Shown: positions 26,676-39,611 of the stretch, piece by piece
How the letters are laid out: each line of letters begins with the position of its first letter
Numbering within the stretch: the stretch's first letter is position 1
Origin: Camelus ferus
Lineage: Eukaryota
Assembly: GCF_009834535.1 (NCBI RefSeq)
Contig: NC_045696.1
Location: 48,238,001-48,302,000, forward strand
Reading direction: 5' to 3'
DNA: 64,000 bases
Program-made: the position numbers and the translations under genes
Notes under the pieces: generated by a model
The model's input: the letters and a program-made list of their open reading frames with translations, nothing else
Database searches by the model: none
What the model was told of the DNA's origin: nothing

Positions 26676-28239
26676 GAAGTTTTTATGTAAGAACACAAAG
26701 TCAGAATAAGTAAATTGATAGGGTACAAAGACTCTCAGATGAATAAAGGTGTTGATGAACAAAGAAAATTATACAGACAGAAAGAAGAGTTTCCACAGAG
26801 ATTAGGAGAAAATAAAACCAATATTCCCTTCACTCTAATACAGTTGATTCAAATTGTTGGTCGATTGCCTGTATTTCTGAGTCTAGGAAAGACAACTGCT
26901 CAAGACTATGGGTCAACTGCATAACTGACAAAATCCTAGAGGACAGCAAGAGACCTCCAGTCAGAAGTCTTTTTTCAACAAGTATGTTACCAGGTAGTAA
27001 AACACTACTTAAGTAAGCCAGGGGTGATCAGTATTTGAATTAATACAACAGTAAATTTGAGGTGTGAAAATATTATAAATATAATGATAACATTATAAAA
27101 CTTATAACCGGGATCTTCCAAGCCAACAATAAGATGGATGTAATATTATATCTGAAAATAATTCAGTAACTTCAGCATAATGCAACTGGTGGAATATCCA
27201 CCATTTACAAAACAGTGTCAGACACTATGTGGGGGTGATCAAGATGAATGAAGTATGAACTTAGAACTTAGTAAAAAATCTTTAAACCTAGTCAACTTAG
27301 GCATCTACATTCTAGAAGTCATCATAAAATTCTAGCAAATGATCCATTCCCCTGTCTTCCAACACTTATGTTCAAAATAGCCAAATAAATATTGATGAAA
27401 ATATTTATAAAAATATGAATGTTTTGTCTGCAGATCCTTTCCAGGGGAAAAAGAAAAGCTCCATGACCTTCTAATTTATTTCCAGAGCTCACCTAGGAGA
27501 TGGCATACACATCTTCCTTAGACTAATTTTCTGTAGGGGAAGCAGAATGTGCCATGGTTGGGTTGCATAGGAACATAATAAATATTTAATAACTTACACT
27601 TAAACAACAGTGAAAGAGCCATCTATAGACTTTTGCATAATGACTGTAATGCCTGAGAAAGATGTTGAGTTCATTGGAGGGAAAGCTGCAAAATTACAGA
27701 ATTTATGATTCATCGTGGAGAAATGCCACAGGAATCAGCTTAGCACAAATAAACCTAGACCATCATTCAACTTTTGTTTCCTAGGGTTCCTTATACCTCA
27801 GCCTTTCGGCACATGGTATATTGACTTGCATTTAAAAAATATGCAAGGTGAAGTTGAAGAGTAAGCAAGGCAAGGGAAGCACCATTTATCATCTTGCAAG
27901 TGTAAAAATAAAGTTAAAAACCACTTCTGGTTCTCTAACAGTTGCCTTTTTGCCTCTGTCTAGTCTGATTGTTTTCTAGATACCTTGTAAATTTTGGTGT
28001 CCCCATGTTTCTGTCTGCACACTTCTGTTCTCATAGAATTTCAATTATTCTTCTGTTATTTTAAAAAATGAAAGTAAAGTTGGTGCATTTTTCCTCTGAT
28101 ACCAAAACCAACCAGGGCCATGAATAAAAATAAATTATGCAGATCTCACTTATAAAGTAAAAAATTAAATTCCTTCTGAAATTCTATCCCTTAAATTTTG
28201 TATTTATCTATTATTTGTTTACTGATGATTTATACACCC

Positions 28240-28925
28240 AACACTGATTCTTGCCTGAGTTCTAGCTGTGCATTAAAATGTTGAACTGGAGTTCTAATGG
28301 GTTACATGAAAGTCAAAATATCCAAAACTGAAGGTGTCATATTTTGCCCCCATCATCCTAAGAAAACACCAATATAACCAGCTTCTTCTCCTGGATTTTT
28401 TATTTCAGCTGATCACGTGGACATTTAAATAGTCTTCTAACCCTGGACATATGCAGCCATCCTTAACTTCTCTTTCAAACTTTCCTTCAGCATTAACTAG
28501 TAGACTCAGGTTTTGCCTCAGTAATATTGAATTCCTTAAAATCCTCCCTGCTTTATACATGCACCCTACCTGACACAAACACCTGATGTTTTACTTGGGT
28601 GCTATATTACATTGTTCCTCTTCCTGGACAGCCCTGCCCTCATTTATTCCAAAACTGTAGTCCCCTTACTTGGGGCTCTTACTTGCTGCTTAGGACTCAG
28701 TTTGCATTCACTTCCTCCAGGAAGCTTTCCTGACTTTTTTTTTTTTTTTTTTTTTTTGCTGAACTTGTCATTGTGCGCCTGGGGTTCCATAGCAGTGATG
28801 TGTTTATGCTTGTCTTCCTCACTATACTGGAAATTCCTGGAAGACTGGGACCATTCCTATCTCATCTGTGCTTTTCCACTGCTCCCCAGAATTGGAAAAT
28901 GATTGGCAGATGTTTGAGCGGTGAG
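28240..28925 (+). mobile_element. L2 fragments
   Basis: 'tatccaaaactgaa', 'cttcctccaggaagctttcctgac', 'ctatactggaaattcctggaagactgggacc'. Confidence 0.6.
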
Positions 28926-31429
28926 TACCAAAGAGGATAAATAGAAGTGATCAAGAAAGGAATGGACAACACTAGTCAATTATAGAATCCAACCATTAAC
29001 TCTCTGCTATACTCTTTACATTCACCACTGTGGTAAATGTAGTTCTTACTTCTCAGCCAGTGGCTTTAATCTTTTTCCAGAATTGGCTTGGGTGTTGGAC
29101 ATCTCCTACTTGGATGTGGGACTTTTATCTTCCCTGCAATGACGTCATTCCTCCATATTGATCCTTAACTCTGACTCCAATCTACTTTTCTTTTTTTTTT
29201 TTTTTCACTTCTCCAATAAATAAACTTTTTCTCCTCCAGACAGAATGGTCATTCGCTAACCTGTCCCGAACTGTCTTTTCTAAACTATCTTTCACTAAAT
29301 AATGGATACTTTGTAATTGCTCTCATTTTCTCTTTCTCCCTTTCTTCCTCCCTCCCTCTCTCTTTTACTCTTTCTTCATCTGTCAGGAACTCATACTTGA
29401 ATTTTTACACACAGCTGTAAAAGTAATTTGAAGGTAAATAATTGTTAATGGATGAATGGAAAAACGGGTGCCCCAGTCTTGGTTCTCTCTTGGCATCAGT
29501 CCCCCTTGGCTCTCTGATATACATCATATTCATTCATGTTCTTTTGCCTCTTCTTCAATGAGCATACCTTTAGCATGGAACAATACTTGATAATTAATAA
29601 AAGGTTAATTTGAGCTTTATTACAGTTAATCTAAGGAGTCAGGTAGCTGAGTGGTGAATATAAGAGGACTGCCATTTAAGAATTTGAAAACATTTTAGAA
29701 AGCCCGTGGATAATGGTGTCTTAAAAATTTTGCATTTTGGAATAATACTGTTTTTTTTGTATAATAAGACTACAACTATTCTAACTGTACTCTTTTGTAC
29801 ATATTGATTAATATTCAGTATTAGGGGAAAAGTTTGACCTTGCTTGAGTAGACAGATTTATTATAAATCTTTTGGAGATGACTTAAAATAATACTAATTG
29901 CCAGGTTAAAATAATACTAATTGGGATAGCTTCACAAGGGAGAGAAGATGCACATTTTGAAAAGTCTTAAACTTTTCAAAGAGCTTTAGTTAAATTCAAG
30001 ACTAAGCCGGAAGTCCAAAATAGAAGTTCTCTCAGCCCAGGTGTTACCTTTTGCTGATGCTTTCTGTGTGGTTACTCTGTCTATGTGAGAAGATTCTAAA
30101 ACTAGAAAGACTATTTGTTTTTTAATAGCTAGTTGGTCAGACCACCAATTGCTTTATGATGCTGTGGCTCTAAATACAGTGCAGAGTATTAAATTAATGG
30201 CTTTTGCTTTGACCAGCAAGGAAAGGAGAGTTAGAGAATAAAAAGCAGGACCCCTGTTTTCCCCACTGCAGAATTCTTTGTTCGTTGAACCACAGGGAGG
30301 ATTAGTTTGAATAGTGGTGTATAAAATGAATTCAGTCTTATAGATTCTATCACCTTTTATCACTCTGGTAAGGGAGGGTAAAATTTAATAAGACATGGTA
30401 TTAACTGTATTTGCTTTGTTTAGGACTTTTATATAGATTAGCAGCCCTGCACTCTTTTTCTGATTTTCTTTTTTCTTTTTCCTTTTTTTGACTCATGATA
30501 GTGTGATTAGCACTAAAAGGAGGTGATGGCAGCAGGGGTGGAGGGGATTTTGAAGGTGCAGCTTTGATAAATATCGGGTATTTGGGACTCACAGGAAGAC
30601 ACTGTGTTTCACATCCTTTGTTCGAGAATCACCATGATCAGGATTTGTCAGGGAAGTCTTGGCGGTTTTTAGTTTCTGCCTAATGGAAAACAAGCAAAAA
30701 AGATCTCTCTTTGGTTGCACTCTGCCACTGAGTTGTCTATCAGGCAATCTGCAGTCTCATAAACAGAAATTGAATGAACACAAAAGCAATTTCCCTAGTT
30801 GGGACTCTGGGCCCCCATCATCAGTTGCAACAACCACCTTTCCCCTCATGCTCACAATCTCAGTCTCTGTTTGGTATTTAATTTCCTTTCAGCAGACATT
30901 TATTATTGGGTTCCAGGCATTGCATTAGGTGTTGAAAGGGGATAGAAGATGAATATAAAACCTGGCTTCTGCTCTTGTTTTCATCACCTTGAAAACACAA
31001 TTGTCTCTCATAGAGTGATTTATTTGTTTAGTGATCTAGATTAGAAACTAGCCACACAAAATACACCTGGAGGTATAACTAAATACAGACACTAAACAGC
31101 AGTTCATGGCATACAGGGTCGGATTACAGCATAAGGTAGATAGAGTGGGTTCTGAGCAACACCTGGACACCAAAGAACTATAGTGTAGATGCTATCATGT
31201 GGGTCCTCCCGGATGACTAGTTCTTTGTGCCACTCAGAGCTGAAACACACACACACTGCTTCTCTCTGCAACCAGACGTAACATGCACAAAAGATATTCA
31301 AATGACTTGACTGGCATCTGACATTCAATAACTGACAGTTTCAGAACATCTTTTCTTGTTAATTTAAATTTGGATAAGCTTTGACTATGAAAATTGGAAT
31401 GAATTGAACCTGTCTTATTCTTTTGTCTA

Positions 31430-31473
31430 GTAATAATGATGTTGATGATGATGATGGTGATGATAACGATGAT
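31430..31473. repeat. Imperfect (GAT)n repeat
   Basis: Read directly from the sequence. Confidence 0.8.
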
Positions 31474-32704
31474 TTCATAAATCATCCTTTTCTCCTAAAG
31501 AGACTTAGAGAATACGTTATACAGATATTTTTTTTTTGTTCCTGTGTGTGTTATAGAAAACATATAGAACAAATATTACCATCTTTATTTTAGAGATAGA
31601 GAAACTGAGACATTAAACAGTGTCATGACTTCAAAAAGCCTGGAAACCAGGATTCAAATTCTTATTTTTAGGTCCAGACTGTCCCAAAAACACTTTTGCT
31701 AATGTTCTTTTGTCTTAATCAACTTGTTTTCTGGCCCGATTTTAACATAGTCATGAAATCACAGGAGCAAAGTGACTGTACTGGGCCAGGGAGAGGAGGA
31801 GAGTGCCCTTCCCTTTTGTTTTGTTTGGCAGAACTAGTTTGATAAGAAGGAAGTTTGCAAGTAAGAGGCAATCTTTTAAAAATATAAATTGGTACATGGT
31901 GCCTTTTTTTTTCTTTTTTTTTGGTGAATTGAACCCAAAATAAATTTTTCTGAGGACGCATAGTTTCTAAATGGCAGGATAATGGCCATGATCTTTGTTC
32001 CCAAGTTCATTGCAACGGGAAGACAACATAAATCTGCCAAGCCCAGATTTAGTCTTCTGATGATTTGTAATCTAGGTATTTAAAATTTAACATTTCTTTG
32101 TACTTCAGTTTTAAGACACGTGAGTTTTAAAATAGTTGTATTTCAAAGAAGCAGAAACAGTTTTGTAAATTTCATGAATTGTTTACACTCTTCCCTTTCA
32201 TACTTCCGAGCAGTTTGCAAATAGCTCAGAAATTCACTGTGACAGTTTAAGCAGCCTTCTGTTGATGCAATGTCTAACATGTTTTGACAGACATGGGAGC
32301 TTTCCAACACATAAATTGCTATTGTGTTTCAGCACAACTCAAGTTTCAACCACCTGCATTAGAAACAAATGGAAGATATGTTCTTGGCAACTGCTACTGC
32401 TTTTGGATTTTTAAGGGGGACCTTGCAAGTCTCATTGTAGATGAGGGAAGGAGTGATTATGTCTGCACACACGCACACATGCACGCCGCATGCATGCATG
32501 CAAGCACACACACAAATTCTTAGGCCTGAGAAGTATTTTAAATAAATACCTAGTCACTCCTGTTGTTCCCAAACAGAATTACACCCAGTCCTGGAAGACA
32601 TTCATTTGCATGCCATGGCAACAGCCATTTCACCAGCAGAGCCTCATCTCTTGGACTGTGTATTATCTGTAAAGATATTTTTTAGAATCTAAATAGCTAG
32701 GAGA

Positions 32705-32930
32705 TAAGGTAAGGTTTAATGGAAAGAGAAAATGATCTGGAATCAGAACGACTTAGTTTCATGTCCCAACTTCATCCCTGACCCTGTGTACAACTTGTAA
32801 TATATTTTTTAATCATTCTGAACCTCACTTTTCTCATCTGTAAAATGGGGATAATTAATGACTTCTTAAATTTTTGTAAGAATTAAGTGATATAATCTAT
32901 GTAAAGTTTCTAGCACAGTATTTGGCACCA
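32705..32930 (+). mobile_element. MIR
   Basis: Core 'tctgaacctcacttttctcatctgtaaaatggggataat', 'tgtaaagtttctagcacagtatttggcac'. Confidence 0.85.
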
Positions 32931-35292
32931 GATACGGATGTTTTATTTAATCTTCATATACACAGTATGAGAAAGATATCTATGTCTTCATAAAAGAACA
33001 ATCTGAAGTCAGAGTGGTGATGTGATTTCTCCAAGTTCCTATGTTAGATAAAAAAGATTAACTAGGATAGCCAAGTAATCTCTTACTTATCAAAGCAAAT
33101 AACCGGAATCTTCATATCTTTTCCAATATTTCAAGTCCATATCTCAGTCACCTCTGGGGTAGATATGGTGTCCATTTTTTCATAGTTCATACATCAGAGG
33201 TAAAGGAAGTAAATAAAAATTGAACCAAGATTACCACTTTAACAAATAATTCTCTTTATTGAACAAATATAAATTAATGGCAAACATTAATTGAATTTTA
33301 AACTTTGATTAACAGGTTTCATGATTATATAGTCAATGCCTCTCTTTCTTGCTAGACTGAAAGTTTCAGGAAAGCAGGAAACTCATGTATATGCTGTATT
33401 GCCAGTGCCTGACACAAAATAATTATCTATAAACATTTAAATGAATTCTCTTAATTATGTTTTTACAATTGCATAATTTCCAGGTTTCTTTCAGTATATT
33501 CTTGTTTCTGTTTCTGGAATTTTTCTTTATAATCTACATTTTATTTCTTTCATAAATAAAATAAATTCTCATTGTTTAGGAAGATTTAGAAAATATGAAC
33601 AGTACAAAAAAATCATCCACCATGTCATAGTTTGCTTTTTTAAAAAAGAGATGAAAATCAATTTTAGTCAGACTTCAAAAAGTGTAGCTGTTTCCTTGGG
33701 GATTTCTTGGTCTAAATACAGAGCTCTTGCCATTACAAGAGCTAAAGCTTAATAATGGCACTATTTGCATTTAAGTTTCAGCTGGATGTACCAGGGAAAG
33801 ATGGCAAAAACACCTCCACATTTTTTTCAGTTTTGATATCATTTTGGTAAGATTTGTTTAGGAAACCACTCTCCTCAGGATTCTTACAATTAATTTGCAT
33901 TCTGACTATTGATTTTCCTACAGTGAGGCAAGAATATTTTATTAACATATATCATAACATCTCTATTCTGTTCAGGTTGATTTTGAATCATGTTTGATTG
34001 TCTGAAAACTTCAAGCAATTTCTTTTAAGAATGCTACTTAGTTAGCCAGTATTTTAGCTTGAATAATTTAAAGTTTGAAAATATGTTTCATTTGCTTTCA
34101 TACAAGGAACAAAGATTTGTGTCACTATTAAATCATTGAATTATAGCCTTTACCATCAAAATTCCACAATGTATTATATATTTTTTTAGCCTGGCAATTT
34201 CAAATTTTTTTAGAAGTTGTTATTTAAAAAACTTTGCCATGATGTACTTAAGAGTCAATTTATTTTAAACAATTTTGCCTTGTTCACTGTATTTTTTAAG
34301 CATAGAACTTTTTTCTAATTAAGTTTTGATTGTATCTTTTGATCTGCTTCAGTTATTCTCAATTCTTTCTTAGAACAGCTAAACATCTTTTTTTTTTAAT
34401 GTTGATTTTAAAAAAATAAAGTGGTACAAGTATACAATTTAAAAAAATCAAATAGATCTAAAGGGCTTACTTAAAAATCAGTAGTTCCTTGTCTCTCACC
34501 CCTTTTTATCCCTTTTTATACACAACTCTATTTTCATATAAGTCTTCTAGCTATAAGTTCTATTTTATACTTCCATGTGTTAAGTAATATTTTATACTGC
34601 TATTTATCAATGCATCTATTTTAAATATGACCTATTGACTAGTTGAGTTTTAGACTGTTACCACCATCTGCTCTCTGTCTTCCAAAAACGATTTTACCAC
34701 AACTTTAATTAAATCAACAGTCAGTGTTTACATTATTATGATTGTATAGGTATTAGTGATTACTGAACCAAAGAATACACTATTATGTCAACAGTATACT
34801 ACCTTTAGTTTGTTCTGGAGTCGGCAATTGCTTTTTGTTTTGCTTAGTTTTCTATGTACCTATCAATAATCCTTTACTGAACATTCCAACAGATCTGGGA
34901 AATGCCTCGTAATAATTCTCCCCAAACACTCAAAGGTATCAGATAGTCTGTATTTCCATTTGTCGTTCTTGGAAACCGCCCTCTCCCAACTCTCTAACCT
35001 CATGCTGTAACATGGACTTTTGCTCTCCAGGCCTGCTGCACCGCTACTGCCTTAGAACTTCTTGGTAAATCTTCCACATTGGACCCTCAATTTTCTGTGT
35101 ACCATGTCTGCTTCTCTCTTTTATTTATTTTGCTGAAATATGTACCCAGTAACCTCCCACGAAGAGAGAAAAGAGTAGTAACCTTTTGAATTACTAGGTG
35201 TATGAAAATATCTTTATTCTACCCTCCCACTTGACCAGTAGTTTGGGTGAGAATAGAGTACTAGGGTGAAAATCATTTTCCCTGACAAGTTG

Positions 35293-35780
35293 TGTCAACC
35301 AAAAAAAAAAAAAAAAAAAGGCAGGAGGCTGCAAATAAGAAAAGAGTTTAATTGGGGACTTAAGAATTGCATTTTGGGAGACACAAATTTGGGTAACTCT
35401 AATAGTGTCCTGAGGAAGAAGAAGAGTAAGAATAAGGGGCTTATAAAGACAAAAAGTCACATGGTTGTTTAAAGTTACCTGGCAAGAATTATGATTGACT
35501 CTGACAAGAGTCAGAAAATATTTGTCCTTAAGGAATCTGAGTTGTTTTAGGATTTAGGGTAGGTGTTCTTAAGTAGATAGACTGTCATGACTTATTTTAG
35601 GTAAGGGTCCAAATAGTGTCTTAAGTTTCTGGCAGGTGTTCTGGATGACTTCATCAGGTCAAAGGTCAGATTCCATTCAGGCAGAGACATTAAGTAAGTT
35701 ACATTTCCTTAATGGCCCCCTGGCTCCATTTTAGAGAGTGCTTTTAGCAACATTGACTCCATTTTGATTTTTCTTTCACA
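35293..35780 (-). mobile_element. ERV1-type solo LTR (488 bp) with perfect 4-bp TSD GTTG
   Basis: The minus strand starts TGTGAAAGAAAAATCAAAATGGAGTC and ends GGTTGACA; gttg at 35289-35292 and 35781-35784; ATTAAA poly-A signal on the minus strand near 35346. Confidence 0.9.
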
Positions 35781-36344
35781 GTTGGAAGGCATCGTTCCTC
35801 AGTCTATTGACATCCAGTATGACTGATAAAAGTTCCAAATGCTACTATCATGATTCCCTTTCCTTTGATTGACTTTGGTATTTGTTTTTGCATTATTTCC
35901 TGGAAGATTTTAAAGTTTCCTTTTATGACTGTTGTTCTGAAATTTTTATTTAAGTCATTAGCCTAGCCATTCTGAGAAATTTTCCTATGCATAATTTATT
36001 TCTCTCTAATTTTTCAATTCTTTATCTCAGAGGTACTGTGGGGGTGAAATTTCATAATTGTTAGATCTTGAACCTTCCTGATTGATCCTCAAAGATTATT
36101 ACCCTTTATCTTATCTCTTTCATGTTCTTTTCTGAGTGTTTTACTTGGGTTTATGTAGTAGCACTTCTAATTTTTAATTTCAATAATATTTTCATTTAAA
36201 GGCCTATTTATTATATTTCTTTCCTAATAACAGTTATATTTATCTATTTTTAATTTGTTTATTTTTTAGACACTGTGTCTTCTTTTGATTCACAGTAGAC
36301 TTAGTATATACAGTTTCATCTGTCCTTTTCTTTTCTCTGACTTA

Positions 36345-36700
36345 GTTTTTTCCTTCCTTCCTTCCATCTTTCCTTTTTCCTTCCTTATTTTTCTTTCCCT
36401 TTCTTTCTTTCTTTCTTTCTTTCTTCTTTCTTTCTTTCTTTCTTCTTCCTTCCTTCCTTCCTTCCTTCCTTCCCTCCTTCCTTCCTTCCTTCCTTTTCCT
36501 TTATCCTTCCTTGCTTCCTTCTTTCCTTCCTTGCTTCCTTCTTTCTTTCTCTTTTCTTTCTTTCTTTTTTCTTTCTTTCTTTTTTCTTTTCTTTTCTTTT
36601 CTTTTCTTTTCCCCTTCCTTCCTTCCTTCCTTTCTTCTTTCCTTCCTTCCTTCCTTCCTTCCCTCTTCTCTTTCTCTCTCTCTCTCTTTCTTGTTTTGAA
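36345..36700. repeat. Long polypyrimidine tract (TTTC)n/(TTCC)n/(TTTTC)n/(TC)n
   Basis: ~350 bp that is almost entirely C/T; source of the low-complexity ORFs at 36285-36795. Confidence 0.95.
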
Positions 36701-38779
36701 TTCCTTTGGCTTCTCTTTTTTCCTTGGAAACATTCTTTAAATAACAGCTGATCTTGATCTGTCCATTCATATTCCAGAGACATCAAAAAGCTCACTGGAA
36801 GCTAAGTGCTTTTGTGGGAGAGTAGACTTCTTAATTGGTAGATTAGTTAAGTTTATAGTGAGCAGGCAGAAAGCCAACCTTTGATTGAGGGACCACAAAT
36901 GTCACAATGAGGACTTATTTTCTCAGGCTGTAGAGTTACACCCAGGAAGCTCTTTTGCCAGCTCCCTGTGGCAGGATACAGAGAGAAGATCTTTACATAC
37001 AATTTCTAGGAGCAGGAGAAGGAGAGGAATTTCCAACAGTGTGCAGGACATTGCATCTCATTTTCATTCCTATACACTTACCTGCTCCCCCAATGTGCTC
37101 TTGTCATGAAATCTAGAATCTTACAGAGAACAGGCAGCTGTTGTCATGCCAGTGCAGGGGGATGTGGGGAATAATCCTCTGGCTAAAGGCATGGAGAAGG
37201 GGACCTGGGGTGTTCTAACTGTTCTGTATAAAGTTTTTCAATTAGACTCTATCTTTTCAGCCCTTGTCCACTGCCCTTCTTTGGTACCTGGCACTACCAG
37301 TAGTTAAGCCTCTCAGAGGCCTTGGGACAAATTGCCTCCATTGCCTATTTTTAAGGAAAAGTGGATGTAATCCTTTCATAAAGAATGTCTAAATTGTTTT
37401 CTACCAAAGAATGGGGGAAGGATTCCCAACCCCTAAATGAATGGATAAATTACCTGTATCTGTAGCCTTCATCTGTATTTAGTATTGGACGGTGCAGCTT
37501 GGAGATACCTGGTAATCTAAGCAGTACCCAGGTGTGCTACAGGCTAAACTGAAGTGGTTCTAATAAATAAGAAAGGGCTGGTTTAACTTTCGGTATTAAT
37601 TAATTCAACAAATATTTATTTTGCACTCACAATATTCCAGGAATTAGGCATATAAAGTGCCTGGCTGTCTAGTCAGATCAACATCATGTCCTTTATTAGT
37701 TCCAGTGAGCAAGTAGGAGCAGGTAGTCCTTATAGCATTGAGCAAACAAACTGATGAGAGACACATTTATTAGATTTATACATCTAAATCTATGAAAAGA
37801 AAAATGTCTCAGAGTGTCAATCCATAAAATTTATTTTTTACAAAAACTTACCCCATTTTTAAAGTGTTTATTGTACACCAAGTACTACCACATTTTGTGG
37901 ACTCTGCAAAGGAGAAAACTGAATGTCAGAAACCTTAAATAACTTGCCCAATATTACACTGAAGTGTCTGCTCTTAGCTACTGCACCAGAATACTGGTAC
38001 TATGATTCTAATATGGTTAATGAAAACAGCCGTCAGAAGTGCTTTGTCTGCTGAGCTTTCCTATTAGGTATTCCTTGTTTACATCTTTATGAAGCATATT
38101 TTGCTCTCTATTAAAAAATGTTTTGTGTGTATAATAGTATTCACAATGTTAGCTATCCAAAAAGTATACTCAAAGAGATACTAGTGGAACTTAACAAATA
38201 AAAATTTAATGTGTTTTATGTATATCTGCCCCCCCCTTTCCTTCTAACCACCTAATTTCACAGATACTAAGTTTTCTTTTTATAAAGTTTTGAAACTTAT
38301 ATGTTGATCTAGGAATTCTGCATGTTGCTTAAGATTTGGAAAGAAAAATTTCAGGAAGTATGTGTTTGTCCTTCTTAAAACATAACAGGCAATGAGCACC
38401 CAATTATTTTTGTATTATGTTAGGAACTATCTCCAAAATTGTACTTCACTGGTATTTAATACAGCTTGCCATACTTGATTAATACATGAAAATATCATAT
38501 ATAACATTACTGTTTCAAATTTAAATAAAACTATTTGAAGTTACCGTCTAAAATGGTGTCTCGTAAAATACAAAAAAGATCTCCCAACTTCTTCCTGAAT
38601 GTATTTAGTAACAGATAAAGATGGCCAGAATTTGAAATAACACTGAAAATTAAGCAGAAAATCATCATTGTTGACATTCATTGGAAATTTCTCTAACTAT
38701 GAAATTTTTATATACATGTACATTTGATGTCCAGTAGGTGATATTCAAGGTCCTGGGCCCATTGAAGGGTTTAAAGATC

Positions 38780-39060
38780 TGCAACACTTACTCCCTGTCT
38801 CTAAAAACTTATAAGACATTCAAAGGTATAAACTATAGAACTCAAAAGCTCTCAGTGCATTAATTGAATAGTACACACAGACTCTACAGATAAAAAAGAT
38901 AAAGTTGGACAAAGAAGATTTTATAAAAGAATTGATATTTTAGTTGGGCTTTGAAGGAAAGGTAGCATTGACTATATTTTAGTAAAGGCGAATGGGAAGA
39001 AGGGAAGAGAGTGAACAAAACAAAGGAGACAGGAATAGGCATGATGTTTTCAGAGTTCTT
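38780..39060 (-). mobile_element. L2 fragment, antisense
   Basis: 'tagttgggctttgaaggaaaggtagcattg', 'aaaggagacaggaataggcatgatgttttcag'. Confidence 0.5.
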
Positions 39061-39392
39061 GAAGTTATTGTGAATCTGTTTCCTATTGAAAATGGGCCTT
39101 GGTTTCTTCTTACATGAAGTTTTTTAGCAGTGAGCATATTTTAATTTGAGGATATTTCTGTGGAATGATTTGAATATATTGCCACTAAAGAATGTTAGGG
39201 AAAAAAACGCATATGAAGGAAATGAAACTAGAATCCAGGCATATCCGTGTGCTCAGGAAAATGTTTTTCCCTCCAGGCTTCGTTTTCATTTTTGGACTAG
39301 GCTGCATTTACATTTTTTTCTGTAATCTTTTATGGGAAACCCACTTTAAACCGTACCAGAAAAATAGAACTGGAGGAGATTCTGGTGATATG

Positions 39393-39605
39393 TGTTATAG
39401 GTTTGGTGAACTAAGAAGCAGAGTCTGACGTGATGGTTAGCCTGGAAAAAGTTTATTATGAAATGCTCTTCAGATCAACACCTATGCAAGAAAAGGAAGA
39501 TGGATTCAAATGAGGGAGAAGATGGTCCTGAGGCAGCCTTATTGAATTCTCAGCCAACCCCACAGGCTGCTCTGAAGTGAGGATGACATTTCTTAGCCTA
39601 CCATG
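39393..39605 (-). mobile_element. ERVL LTR16-like fragment
   Basis: 'agaagcagagtctga..gtttattatgaaatgctcttcagatcaacacct..ctcagccaaccccacaggctgctctgaagtgaggatg'. Confidence 0.7.
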
Positions 39606-39611
39606 TGGTGA

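Larger units (their letters stand above)
34390..37330 (-). mobile_element. HAL1-like ancient L1-related element, antisense, interrupted by a solo LTR and a CT tract
   Basis: 'gtgtttacattattatgattgt', 'ttgcttagttttctatgtacctatca', antisense ORF1-like text and a 5' part 'ttggtacctggcactaccagtagttaagcctctcagagg'. Confidence 0.6.

Noticed and set aside
36285..36795. Five overlapping ORFs up to 151 aa (F/S/L-rich or K/E/R-rich)
   Set aside because: Translations of the CT microsatellite, which lacks stop codons by composition.
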